From IMG/VR virus record IMGVR_UViG_3300042691_022450: DNA of 64,000 nt, one strand, 5' to 3'. The first letter of the stretch is position 1. Every line of letters begins with the position of its first letter. Source of the DNA: a virus. Positions 1-10,267 of this stretch are shown piece after piece. The notes under the pieces were generated by a model, which was not told the origin of the DNA, searched no databases, and was given only the letters and a program-made list of their open reading frames with translations. A program made the position numbers and the translations under genes.

Positions 1-2
1 CA

Positions 3-563
3 GGTACAGGTACTCAAGGTACTCAGGGAACTCAAGGTACTCAGGGAACTCAAGGAGCAACAGGTACAGGCACTCAGGGACTTCAAGGATTACAAGGTCC
101 TGCTGCCGCAGGAGGTGGTGGTGGTTCATTAACAGTCGTTGATAATACAACTACAAATGCAACTTGGTATGTTGGAGTTCTCTCTGTTACGGCAGGAACT
201 GCTTCAACTATTCACACATCGTCCACAAAACTTAATTTTAATCCAAGCACTGGAACTTTATCAGCAACTGTCTTTACATCTCTATCTGACCAAACACAAA
301 AAACAAATGTAAGAAAAATTGAAAATGCTTTAGAGACAGTTAAAAAAATTGAAGGTGTAAAATATGAATGGATAGATAATCACAATCAACCTTCAATTGG
401 TGTAATTGCTCAAGAAATTGAAAAGGTACTTCCAGAAGTAGTTACTACAAATGAGAGGGGACTAAAAACAGTATCTTATGGAAATATTGTTGCTGTATTA
501 ATTGAAGCAATTAAGGAGCAGCAAGTACAAATTGAAAGATTGGAAAGAAAAATAAATGCCTAA
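3..563 (+). CDS. Tail fibre C-terminus (5'-partial): collagen-like GTQ repeats plus peptidase S74 intramolecular chaperone
   Basis: Manual translation of frame 3: GTGTQGTQGTQG...SLSDQTQKTNVRKIENALETVKKIEGVKYEW...GVIAQEIEKVLPEVV...VSYGNIVAVLIEAIKEQQVQIERL*; SD-x-x-x-K and GVIAQE motifs of S74. Confidence 0.85.
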   Translation, partial: GTGTQGTQGTQGTQGTQGATGTGTQGLQGLQGPAAAGGGGGSLTVVDNTTTNATWYVGVLSVTAGTASTIHTSSTKLNFNPSTGTLSATVFTSLSDQTQKTNVRKIENALETVKKIEGVKYEWIDNHNQPSIGVIAQEIEKVLPEVVTTNERGLKTVSYGNIVAVLIEAIKEQQVQIERLERKINA

Positions 564-1761
564 TCAATTCTTATCACTAGAAGGAGACTTAGAGAATTAT
601 TTTGTAAGTGAGTATTGGTTAATTGACCAGTGGATTGGTGATGAATTATGGACTTGGGGGTTTAATAATGTAGGACAATTGGGTGACAATACAACAACCC
701 AAAGAAACACTCCATCCACAACATTTGCTGGAGGAACTAATTGGTCACAAATAAGTGCTGGAAACAATCATTCATTAGCACTCAAAACTGATGGAACTCT
801 ATGGACTTGGGGGAATAATGCCAATGGGCAATTGGGAGACAATACAATAACTAATAAACTTACTCCAATCACAACATTTGCAGGAGGAACTAACTGGAAA
901 CAAGTTTCTTGCGGAAGAGGTCATTCATCAGCAATTAAAACTGATGGTACTCTATGGATTTGGGGAAATAATTCTCAAGCACAATTGGGAATTAATGAAG
1001 GAGGAACAACGACAAATAGAACTACTCCAGTGACAACATTTGCTGGAGGAACTAATTGGAAACAAGTTTCTTGTGGAACTTTTTATACTGGAGCAATCAA
1101 AACTGATGGTACTTTATGGACTTGGGGTCGCAATGACATTGGTCAACTTGGAATTAATAGCACATTAAATGCATCTACTCCAGTCACCACATTTGCTGGG
1201 GGAACTAATTGGAATGAAGTTTCTTGTGGATATGCTTTTGCATCAGCAATTAAAACTGATGGTACTCTATGGATTTGGGGATCAAATCTTAGAGCACATC
1301 TTGGAATTAATGATACAATAGATAGACTCACTCCAGTGACAACATTTGCTGGAGGGACTAATTGGAAACAAGTTTCTTGTGGTGCTGAATTTCCTGCAGC
1401 AATTAAAACTGATGGAACTCTATGGATTTGGGGATATAATTCTGTTGGGCAATTGGGAATCAATGATTCTGGTGCAGCAGCAAGTAATAGATCTACTCCC
1501 GTCACTACATTTGCAGGTGGAACTAACTGGAAACGAGTTAATTGTTCATATGGAAGTGTTGTATCGGCAATCAAAACTGATGGTACTTTATGGGTCTGGG
1601 GAAACAATGTTGTTGGAATGTTAGGAGTCAACGATACAACCAATAGACTTACTCCAGTGACAACATCAGCAGGAGGAACTAATTGGAAACAATCTTCCGG
1701 TGGATTTCCATTTGTTGCAGCAGTAACTTCAGGAATTCCAGCAGACCTACCCCTCTCATAA
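556..1761 (+). CDS. RCC1/BLIP-II repeat beta-propeller protein (probable tail-associated)
   Basis: About 7 repeats of AIKTDGTLWxWGxNxxGQLG...TPVTTFAGGTNWKQVSCG. Confidence 0.85.
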   Translation: MPNQFLSLEGDLENYFVSEYWLIDQWIGDELWTWGFNNVGQLGDNTTTQRNTPSTTFAGGTNWSQISAGNNHSLALKTDGTLWTWGNNANGQLGDNTITNKLTPITTFAGGTNWKQVSCGRGHSSAIKTDGTLWIWGNNSQAQLGINEGGTTTNRTTPVTTFAGGTNWKQVSCGTFYTGAIKTDGTLWTWGRNDIGQLGINSTLNASTPVTTFAGGTNWNEVSCGYAFASAIKTDGTLWIWGSNLRAHLGINDTIDRLTPVTTFAGGTNWKQVSCGAEFPAAIKTDGTLWIWGYNSVGQLGINDSGAAASNRSTPVTTFAGGTNWKRVNCSYGSVVSAIKTDGTLWVWGNNVVGMLGVNDTTNRLTPVTTSAGGTNWKQSSGGFPFVAAVTSGIPADLPLS

Positions 1762-1776
1762 ATACTTAAAAAACTT

Positions 1777-2433
1777 ATGATGGAAATTGCATTAATTCAT
1801 AATAATTCATTAATACTTGGACCGATGGGTTTTAATGTCCGAATGATTAATTCGGAATTGGAAGACCTTGAATTGGAAGATAGAATAACAACACAGAGTT
1901 ACACCAACATACCAATTCATTTTTCTGATGAATTAACGCACCTTCTTTTAATAGAAAAAGAAATTCCTGGATACGATCCAAATTATTATAATCTTGGAAA
2001 TTTTAATTGGGAAATTATTGAAGAAGATAATGTCCCAATTAAAGTCAAACTAACTTATCCATTAGTTGAAAAAACAATAGAAGAAGTTAAATATTCAAGA
2101 AAGCAAGAAGTAACTGCAGAAAGAAAACAAAAAGAAAATAAAATTATTAGTCTTACAATTAATGAAACAGAAATTAAAATTGCAACTTCAAGAGAAGAAA
2201 GATTGATATTGGCATCAAAACTTTCAGCATCACCTGGATTACATAATTATAAGTTCTCAAATACTTGGTTGGAAATTACAACAGAAAATCTTCAATATAT
2301 TATTACTGAAATTGATAGAGTTGTTCAATCTGCTTATGATTGGGAGTTATCAAAACTTCAAGAAATTGATGCTTGCCAAACTCTTGATGAAATTTATAAT
2401 GTAATCGTTAAAGAAGAAGTAGCAATCGGATGA
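1777..2433 (+). CDS. Tail-fibre-associated protein (DUF4376-like C-terminus)
   Basis: Lies between RCC1 genes; C-terminal VQSAYDWELSKLQEIDACQTLDEI resembles tail assembly chaperones. Confidence 0.5.
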   Translation: MMEIALIHNNSLILGPMGFNVRMINSELEDLELEDRITTQSYTNIPIHFSDELTHLLLIEKEIPGYDPNYYNLGNFNWEIIEEDNVPIKVKLTYPLVEKTIEEVKYSRKQEVTAERKQKENKIISLTINETEIKIATSREERLILASKLSASPGLHNYKFSNTWLEITTENLQYIITEIDRVVQSAYDWELSKLQEIDACQTLDEIYNVIVKEEVAIG

Positions 2434-2440
2434 AATAAAA

Positions 2441-5400
2441 ATGTCACTAGAAGTTACTACTAATTTTAGGGATAGTAATGGAGTTGATTTGGGGACAAAA
2501 TTAGTCACCAAAGACTACTTAATAAGTGTTTATTCTTCTATTGCACAGCAAATTGGACTTACTCCAGAATTATGGGTTTGGGGTAATAATAGTGCTGGTC
2601 AACTTGGAATTGATAATACTACTGATAAATCCACTCCAGTTACAACATCTGTTGGTAGTTCTACTTGGAAACAAATTAGTTGTGGAGGTAGACATACCGC
2701 AGCAATCAAAAATGATGGGACACTATGGACTTGGGGTTATGGTGGAAATGGGAGACTTGGTAATGCTTTTCCATCAAGTTCAAATACCCCAATAACTACA
2801 TTTGCTGGAGGGACTAATTGGAAACAAGTTTCTTGTGGTTCTGATTATACAGCAGCAGTTAAAACCGATGGAACTTTATGGACTTGGGGTTATGGTATGA
2901 CAGGTGGTCTTGGAGTTTTGGAGAATTTATTAACAAGATCAATAACACCAATCACGACATTCTCTGGTGGAACTAATTGGTCGGATACTGCAACTGGAGT
3001 TGCTGAGGAACTTTATACCATAAGTGGTGGTTATAAAATGAGTTCGGCAATCAAGACCGATGGAACTTTATGGACTTGGGGTTATCGGTTGACTGGAAAT
3101 GCTAATGGTGGTACATTTGATACTCCAGTTACCACATTTGCCGGAGGAACTACATGGAAACAAGTTTCTAGTGGAAATAATCAAGTAGCATCGATTAAAA
3201 CTGATGGAACTTTATGGATTTGGGGACGTAATACAGGAGGAGGATTAGGAATATCAGATACACAATCTGTTAGTTTTTTTGCTTCAACTCCGATCACAAC
3301 AATTTCTGGAGGAACTAATTGGAAACAAGTTTCTTGTGGGTATAATTACTCTGCAGCAGTTAAAACTGATGGAACTTTATGGACTTGGGGTAGTAGTGGA
3401 ACCTTATTGACAAATATTCTTGCTAGAATTTTTGGAACCAGTATTCTACTGCCTATGATTATAAGTAAAGATTGGGCAGATACTGCAACTGGAGTTGCTG
3501 AAGAACTTTACACATTTGCTGGGGGAAAAACTCATAGTGCAGGAATAAAAACTGATGGAACTTTATGGACTTGGGGAAATAATGCATATGGTATTACTGC
3601 TTCTGGGCAATTAGGAATTGGTGCAGGTACAACCGAAAGATCAACACCAACCACAACATTTGCTGGAGGGAGCACATGGAAACAAGTGAGTGTTGGTTAT
3701 TATCATACAGCAGCAATCAAGACTGATGGAACTTTATGGACTTGGGGAAATGGGGGTTCGGGAAGACTCGGAAATAATTTTATATCCAATAGATCAACTC
3801 CAGTCACCACATTTTCAGGAGGAAATACTTGGAAACAAGTTTCCTGTGGATCTTTTCATACGGCAGCAATTAAAACTGATGGTTCTTTATGGACTTGGGG
3901 ACAAGGATCATATGGAGCACTTGGTGACGCAAGTATTATTTCTAAAAGTAGACCAGTCACAACATTTGCTGGAGGATTTTCTTGGAAGAGCGTTTCTGCT
4001 GGTAATAATGCTACGGCAGCAATTAAAACTGATGGAACTTTATGGACTTGGGGATCAAATTTAAACGGTGAAGCTGGTATCAATATCTCTGCTGGGAGTA
4101 CCAGAAGTACTCCAGTCACAACATTTGCTGGAGGAACTAATTGGAGTCAAGTAAGTTGTGGTGGTTTATATAAATCAGCAATTAAAACAGATGGAACTTT
4201 ATGGACTTGGGGCTCTACTCTGAATGGGATACTTGGTAATGGAATTATAACTGGAAATAGATCTACTCCGGTCACCACATTTGCTGGAGGAACTAATTGG
4301 AAACAAGTAATGTCTGGAACTTCTCATACAGTAGCAATCAAGACTGATGGAACTTTATGGACTTGGGGCAGTGGAAGTAACGGAAGACTTGGAAATAATT
4401 CTACCAGTTCTACATCTACTCCGGTTACCACATTTGCCGGTGGAACAACTTGGAAACAAGTGGCTGCTGGTGATACTCATACCATAGCATTGCGTGATGA
4501 TGGTACAACTAAAGAGTTATTTTCTTTTGGTAATAATATTAGAGGGCAACTTGGATCTTCAGTTGCTAATAATGTACCCGGTCAGGTATTTTCATATACA
4601 AATAACTGGAAACAAGTTTCTTGTTCTTCATCAGGTAGTCATATAGGAGCAATCAAAACTGATGGAACTCTATGGACTTGGGGTAATGGTGCCAATGGAC
4701 GACTTGGAAATGCAATTATAACTGGAACTATATCTACTCCAGTCACAACATTTTCTGGAGGAACAACTTGGTCACAAGTTTCTTGTGGAGATGGTCATAC
4801 AGCAGCAATAAAAACTGATGGCACATTATGGACTTGGGGTCGTAATACTGTTGTACAATTAGGAAACAACACAGTAACAAATGCATCTACTCCAATTACA
4901 ACATTTGCTGGGGGGACCAACTGGAAACAAGTTTCTTGTGGGTATCATACTGCGGCAGTCAAAACTGACGGAACTTTATGGGCATGGGGTGCTAATACCT
5001 CTGGGCAACTAGGTATTAACAATCTAAGCAATAGATCAACTCCAGTTACCACATTTGCTGGAGGAACAACTTGGAAACAAGTTTCCTGTGGACAAGTCCA
5101 CACATTAGCATTGAGTGATGACACTATTAATAAAAGATTATTTGTTTTTGGAAGTAATTCTGACGGGAGACTTGGAACCAGAATATCTATATTTAATCCC
5201 GTAACTACATTTGCAGGAGGAACCAACTGGAAACAAGTTTCTTGTGGGTATCATACTGCGGCAGTCAAAACTGACGGAACTTTATGGGCATGGGGCAATA
5301 ATACTAATGGGCAAATTGGAATCAATGATACTATTACCATCAAAACCACTCCAGTAACAACATTTGCTGGAGGAACAACTTGGAAACAAGTTTCTTGTGG

Positions 5401-5920
5401 ATCTTTTCATACGGCAGCAATCAAAACTGATGGAACTTTATGGGTATGGGGCAGTAATTCCGATCGTCAAGTGGGAAACAATTCAATCACCACATCCATA
5501 TCCGCACCTGTGACTACATTTTCTGGGGGAACTAATTGGAAACAAGTTTCCTGTGGACCTAATTTTACTGCAGCAATCAAAACTGATGGGACTTTATGGG
5601 CATGGGGAAACAATACTACTCGTCAAATAGGAAATAATTCAACAACTACATATATATCTACACCTGTAACTACATTCACAGGAGGAAACAATTGGAAACA
5701 AGTTTCTTGTGGAGGTGGCATTAATATTGGAATGGTGGCAGCAATTAAAACTGATGGAACTTTATGGACTTGGGGCAATAATTATAGAGGAGCATTGGGA
5801 ATTAATAGCAGTCAAACTACAGCATCTACTCCAGTGACTACATTTGCGGGAGGAGGAAATTGGAAACAAATCTCCGTAGCAGTCCATATGTCAGCAATCA
5901 AATCTACAGATATAATATAA
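2441..5920 (+). CDS. Large RCC1 repeat protein (about three propellers)
   Basis: About 20 repeats of the same unit; duplicated linker W(S/A)DTATGVAEELYT. Confidence 0.85.
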   Translation: MSLEVTTNFRDSNGVDLGTKLVTKDYLISVYSSIAQQIGLTPELWVWGNNSAGQLGIDNTTDKSTPVTTSVGSSTWKQISCGGRHTAAIKNDGTLWTWGYGGNGRLGNAFPSSSNTPITTFAGGTNWKQVSCGSDYTAAVKTDGTLWTWGYGMTGGLGVLENLLTRSITPITTFSGGTNWSDTATGVAEELYTISGGYKMSSAIKTDGTLWTWGYRLTGNANGGTFDTPVTTFAGGTTWKQVSSGNNQVASIKTDGTLWIWGRNTGGGLGISDTQSVSFFASTPITTISGGTNWKQVSCGYNYSAAVKTDGTLWTWGSSGTLLTNILARIFGTSILLPMIISKDWADTATGVAEELYTFAGGKTHSAGIKTDGTLWTWGNNAYGITASGQLGIGAGTTERSTPTTTFAGGSTWKQVSVGYYHTAAIKTDGTLWTWGNGGSGRLGNNFISNRSTPVTTFSGGNTWKQVSCGSFHTAAIKTDGSLWTWGQGSYGALGDASIISKSRPVTTFAGGFSWKSVSAGNNATAAIKTDGTLWTWGSNLNGEAGINISAGSTRSTPVTTFAGGTNWSQVSCGGLYKSAIKTDGTLWTWGSTLNGILGNGIITGNRSTPVTTFAGGTNWKQVMSGTSHTVAIKTDGTLWTWGSGSNGRLGNNSTSSTSTPVTTFAGGTTWKQVAAGDTHTIALRDDGTTKELFSFGNNIRGQLGSSVANNVPGQVFSYTNNWKQVSCSSSGSHIGAIKTDGTLWTWGNGANGRLGNAIITGTISTPVTTFSGGTTWSQVSCGDGHTAAIKTDGTLWTWGRNTVVQLGNNTVTNASTPITTFAGGTNWKQVSCGYHTAAVKTDGTLWAWGANTSGQLGINNLSNRSTPVTTFAGGTTWKQVSCGQVHTLALSDDTINKRLFVFGSNSDGRLGTRISIFNPVTTFAGGTNWKQVSCGYHTAAVKTDGTLWAWGNNTNGQIGINDTITIKTTPVTTFAGGTTWKQVSCGSFHTAAIKTDGTLWVWGSNSDRQVGNNSITTSISAPVTTFSGGTNWKQVSCGPNFTAAIKTDGTLWAWGNNTTRQIGNNSTTTYISTPVTTFTGGNNWKQVSCGGGINIGMVAAIKTDGTLWTWGNNYRGALGINSSQTTASTPVTTFAGGGNWKQISVAVHMSAIKSTDII

Positions 5921-5944
5921 ATATTTTAAATCAATAGACTTATA

Positions 5945-7291
5945 ATGAATCCACTTGAATTGGTCGTAAAGACTTTACATTCGTTTGACGAAAAAGAACT
6001 TACTAAACAAGTTCTCCAAGCATTTGGCAAGAGAGCAGAAACATTCAAACAATATGATGATGTAGCAAAGATTTTTTTTGAAATCAAAGACTTCACAAAT
6101 GCTATAGTTTATGGAGAAAAGGCATTACAATTAGCACAATCTTCACAAGAAAAATATATAACATCTAAAAATTTGATTAATGCTTATAATCAAAATAATT
6201 ATCCCGAAAAAGCAATTACTCAAATTTCAAAAATTAAATCACAAAATCCTCAAGATGCCGAATTGCTACTTGAAGAGACTTTTTCGTATTCTGCAATCAA
6301 TCAAAAAGACAAAGCAGAAAAACTTCTTTCCAATTTAATTAAATATAAACTCCCAGAAGAAATAGAAAGAAAGGCATATCATAATCTTTCTGGGCATTAT
6401 TTCCGAAAAGATGATTTGCAGACAGGACTTCAACATTTCCTTAAGGCAGGAGAAGTAGAGGCATATAAGAACAGACAAGTTCCACCATTTCCAAAATGGA
6501 ACGGAAAAGTTACTCCTGGTAAAACTATAGTAATTGATAGTCAGTGTGGTGCTGGTGATGAAATAATTCATGTAAGATTCATGAAGCACATCAAAGAACT
6601 TGGAATGAATCCAATCTGGACAACTACAAGAAAACACATTCAAGATATTTTTAACTATAACGGATTTCAAACAGAATTAGTTTGGGATAAACCAAAATTT
6701 CCAGAAGATTCGGAATGGGTTTATGCTCTTGCACTTCCTTATTATCTCAATCTTTCTGTAAATGATTTGGGAAAAGAACCTTACCTCAAACCGTTACCAG
6801 AAAAAGAAAAAAAATATTCATACTTAAAAAATGATGACAAATATAAAATTGGAATCTTTTGGAACTCAGGTTCTGGATTTGAACAAGCACACTTTAGAAG
6901 TATGGATTTTTTTGATTTGTGGAATGCTATTTGCAAACCAGAATATTCACTTTATTCACTTCAAATGAGTGACACTCCAGTTCCTGATTCTTGCAAAAAT
7001 CACATTAAAGAATTTCATTCCAAAGACAGAGAGTTTTCCGATACTTTCTCTATTATAAATCAAATGGACTTGGTGATTACTTCTTGCACCTCTGTAGCAC
7101 ATATTGCTGCGTCTATGGGTAAAGAAGTATGTGTCTTTGTTCCAATTATGGAATATTATGTTTGGGCAAGTTCTACTGGAAAATCTTGGTGGTATGGTGA
7201 TAATGTTCATCTCTTTAGGCAAAAGAAACCAAGAACTTGGAATGAACCTTTAATTGAATTGAAGGAGTTTCTAAATGATAGAGGAGTATAA
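5945..7291 (+). CDS. TPR plus glycosyltransferase family 9-like protein
   Basis: N-terminal helical repeats; QCGAGDEIIHVRF and MDLVITSCTSVAHIAASMGK motifs. Confidence 0.75.
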   Translation: MNPLELVVKTLHSFDEKELTKQVLQAFGKRAETFKQYDDVAKIFFEIKDFTNAIVYGEKALQLAQSSQEKYITSKNLINAYNQNNYPEKAITQISKIKSQNPQDAELLLEETFSYSAINQKDKAEKLLSNLIKYKLPEEIERKAYHNLSGHYFRKDDLQTGLQHFLKAGEVEAYKNRQVPPFPKWNGKVTPGKTIVIDSQCGAGDEIIHVRFMKHIKELGMNPIWTTTRKHIQDIFNYNGFQTELVWDKPKFPEDSEWVYALALPYYLNLSVNDLGKEPYLKPLPEKEKKYSYLKNDDKYKIGIFWNSGSGFEQAHFRSMDFFDLWNAICKPEYSLYSLQMSDTPVPDSCKNHIKEFHSKDREFSDTFSIINQMDLVITSCTSVAHIAASMGKEVCVFVPIMEYYVWASSTGKSWWYGDNVHLFRQKKPRTWNEPLIELKEFLNDRGV

Positions 7292-7757
7292 TTTATCTTA
7301 TCTTAATCTTGAATACTTAAAAAATACACTTTTACACACAAAAACAAGTTCGCACGGACTTGTAACGAAAGGTACTTCCACTTATAATCACGGAATGCCA
7401 ATCCTAATGTATCCAGAACTGACTGGATTGAGAAATATTCTCAAACAATATGTTAGACTGTATTGCAATAAGTATGATATTTTACCTCTAAAGTTTATTA
7501 ATAGTTGGTTTAATATTTCACAATCAGGAAATAAACTTAAGGCACATAAGCATGAAGAAAGTATTATTAGTGGAGCATTTTATATTTCTGGAAAAACTCC
7601 ATTAATTTTTTCAGATACATCCGTCAAACCTTATTCTGGATTGTTAGTCATCTTCTCAAGTGATTTGATTCACTATACGGAAGAAGAAACAGAAGAAAGA
7701 ATAGTTATCAGTTTCAATACCGATTATGAAGAAAGCACTCGTTACACTGGACATTAA
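7275..7757 (+). CDS. 2OG-Fe(II) oxygenase
   Basis: SWFN...HKH...SGAFY...IFSSDLIHY...RIVISFN pattern. Confidence 0.75.
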   Translation: MIEEYNLSYLNLEYLKNTLLHTKTSSHGLVTKGTSTYNHGMPILMYPELTGLRNILKQYVRLYCNKYDILPLKFINSWFNISQSGNKLKAHKHEESIISGAFYISGKTPLIFSDTSVKPYSGLLVIFSSDLIHYTEEETEERIVISFNTDYEESTRYTGH

Positions 7758-8448
7758 TTACAACAAAGACATCACAAATCTTACATATCCTTATATGAGG
7801 AAGTATGCTGAGAGAATTGGTGCTGATTTTGTAATTATGAATGAGAGAAAATTTCCACATCTCTCAGCAAATATGGAAAAGTTTCAATTATATGAAATTG
7901 GAGCAAACTATGATTGGACTATTTTTCTTGATGCGGATGCTTTAATTCATCCAAATTGTCCAGACATTACTGAAATTTATGATAAGAATTGTGTAATCTT
8001 TAACAGACACGATTATTATCCGTTCAGATTCAAACACAATAATTATGTAAGAAGGGATGGAAGAAATATTGCTGCTTGTACTTGGTTATGTGTTTTTAGT
8101 GACTGGACTCGTCATGCTTGGAAACCACACAAAAATCCAGAGCAGTTCATAGACCAAATCAATCCTATGGATTTGGAAAAAAACTTTGGATATGAACCTC
8201 ATCATATTTTAGATGATTACTTGGTGAGTCGTAATATCGCAAAGTATGGATTAAAAGTTGAAACATTATATCAATTAGTTCCAAAAGATGCTAAGATGAA
8301 CTATTGGTTCAATCACGACTTTTGCATCACTGAAGATGATAAAATTAACCTTCTTAAAATGTGGATAGATAAGATTGAAAAAGGTTCTTATCGTGAAGAA
8401 AACAAGATTGAAGAAGAACTATGGGGATGGAAAAGAGGTTTAGTATGA
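7726..8448 (+). CDS. Glycosyltransferase-like protein (GT-A, DxD)
   Basis: KYAERIGADF...EKFQL...YDWTIFLDADALI. Confidence 0.6.
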   Translation: MKKALVTLDINYNKDITNLTYPYMRKYAERIGADFVIMNERKFPHLSANMEKFQLYEIGANYDWTIFLDADALIHPNCPDITEIYDKNCVIFNRHDYYPFRFKHNNYVRRDGRNIAACTWLCVFSDWTRHAWKPHKNPEQFIDQINPMDLEKNFGYEPHHILDDYLVSRNIAKYGLKVETLYQLVPKDAKMNYWFNHDFCITEDDKINLLKMWIDKIEKGSYREENKIEEELWGWKRGLV

Positions 8449-9233
8449 AGTTTTTATTTTTAGTCGGGTCTGCACTTAAACATTTTCAAGAAGAACATTT
8501 TAGTGCATATGATGAGGAGCAAAGGTTTAATCAAACACTAGACACAATTGAGTGCATAAGAAATAAAGTTCCAGATTCTTATGTTGTTTTATTTGAGTGT
8601 TCGTCTAAACCAATTAATCAAAAACAAAGGGATATACTTGAAGAAAAATGTGACTTGTTTTTAGAGTTTTATTCGGAACCAGTCATTCAGCAAATTTATG
8701 AAAACATTGAAAAAAGACCAGAATTGATTACCTATGGAAAATCATTATTGGAAACTAGAGGTTTATTGAATGCACTTTATGAAATTAAAGAGCACAATCT
8801 CTTCAATGATAGTCAAAGAGTTTTCAAATTAACTGGAAGATATTTACTAAATGGTGATTTCAATATTGAAGATTATCAAAGTAAATTTTTAGAAGGTCAT
8901 TATGTAATTAAGAAATATGATTATCTTTCAGAAGAAGAACAGAATTTGAATGAAAAAAGTCTTGAGAATGTCTATGCATATCTTTATGGTGCTAAAGGTA
9001 TGATGATTACAGGTTTATGGTCTTTTGATAGAATTTTATTTAATGAAGCAGTGGAAGCACTTGAGAAAGCATTTTTTTATATGGAAAAAATGATACAATA
9101 TACTGCTGGTACTGATGTGGAGCATTCACTTTATCGTTTTATCAATAAAAAAAATATCATTAGTATTCCCAATCTTGGTCTGACTTTAATCAAAGGAATG
9201 AGTGGTGAAAATGGGGGAACATATCATACGTGA
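8445..9233 (+). CDS. Hypothetical protein (glycosylation island)
   Basis: ATGA overlap with previous stop; RVFKLTGRY motif seen in phage GT-like proteins. Confidence 0.55.
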   Translation: MKFLFLVGSALKHFQEEHFSAYDEEQRFNQTLDTIECIRNKVPDSYVVLFECSSKPINQKQRDILEEKCDLFLEFYSEPVIQQIYENIEKRPELITYGKSLLETRGLLNALYEIKEHNLFNDSQRVFKLTGRYLLNGDFNIEDYQSKFLEGHYVIKKYDYLSEEEQNLNEKSLENVYAYLYGAKGMMITGLWSFDRILFNEAVEALEKAFFYMEKMIQYTAGTDVEHSLYRFINKKNIISIPNLGLTLIKGMSGENGGTYHT

Positions 9234-9910
9234 AAATAGCAATTTTTTATCACATAGGACAAACAGGTTTAGGTGCTTTTATCTATCAACAACAGGTTCA
9301 TAGATTATATGCTTCTGGTCTTATGAATGTGGCAAGTCATATTCATTTTGGAGTCAATGGAGACCAAGAGTTGTTTAATGTTTCTGAAAAAGTAAAAGTA
9401 ACTTACAATCCAAAGGAACATTGGACAACAGAAAAGCAAACACTACTTGACTTAAAAAAATTCTGTAAGGAAAATCAAGACTATAAAGTTCTTTATTTTC
9501 ATACTAAAGGAGCAACAAAAAATGAACTCTGCGTTCAATCTTGGAGACTGATGATGGAATATTTTGTGATTGATAAATGGAAGGAATGTGTAAAATATCT
9601 TGATCAATATACTTGTGTCGGATGTCATTTAGGGACGATTGGACCAAGTATTTGTGCAGATGGTTCTTTGATAGAAAATGATAAGACTTATGCATATATG
9701 GGGAACTTTTGGTGGGCAAATGCTTCCTATATAAACACAATCAAATCAAGATATATGGATTCTGATTGTAGAATGGAAAAAGAAAGATGGATTGGTGATA
9801 GTGATACTTGCTATCCAAAAACACTATACAATAATTCAGAATTTGATTCCGATCCTTTTAACTTTAATAATTATTCTTACTATTTCAAGGAGGATGATTA
9901 TGTTTCGTGA
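9230..9910 (+). CDS. Hypothetical protein, GT-like (YFHTKG...GNFWWA)
   Basis: GTG start overlapping previous stop; motif pattern. Confidence 0.55.
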   Translation: MKIAIFYHIGQTGLGAFIYQQQVHRLYASGLMNVASHIHFGVNGDQELFNVSEKVKVTYNPKEHWTTEKQTLLDLKKFCKENQDYKVLYFHTKGATKNELCVQSWRLMMEYFVIDKWKECVKYLDQYTCVGCHLGTIGPSICADGSLIENDKTYAYMGNFWWANASYINTIKSRYMDSDCRMEKERWIGDSDTCYPKTLYNNSEFDSDPFNFNNYSYYFKEDDYVS

Positions 9911-10256
9911 ATGTGGTGAATGTACTGCTTGCTGTTCTTGGTTAATTGGTGATGCTTTTGCTTGGGAATTTGGTGCAGGAAAGTCTTGTAAGTTTTTGGA
10001 ATGTGATGGATGTGGAGTTCATAAGGCACGACCAGAACCTTGTAGGAACTATCAATGTGCTTGGAGTCAGCATTTACTTCCAGAAGAAATGAGACCAGAT
10101 AAATGTAATGTATTAGTTTCTGTTGAAAAAAATCAAAATGGACAATATCTCCGAATTTTACCAATAAATACTAAAGAATTAAATAATGAAGTTAAGAAAT
10201 ATCTTATAAATTGGAGTGAAAAAATGAACACTCCAATCATTTTTGTAGAACTTTAG
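9900..10256 (+). CDS. CxxCxxCC (YkgJ-like) zinc/iron-chelating protein
   Basis: CGECTACC...C...CGVHKARPEPCRNYQC. Confidence 0.75.
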   Translation: MFRECGECTACCSWLIGDAFAWEFGAGKSCKFLECDGCGVHKARPEPCRNYQCAWSQHLLPEEMRPDKCNVLVSVEKNQNGQYLRILPINTKELNNEVKKYLINWSEKMNTPIIFVEL

Positions 10257-10267
10257 CACTCCTAAAA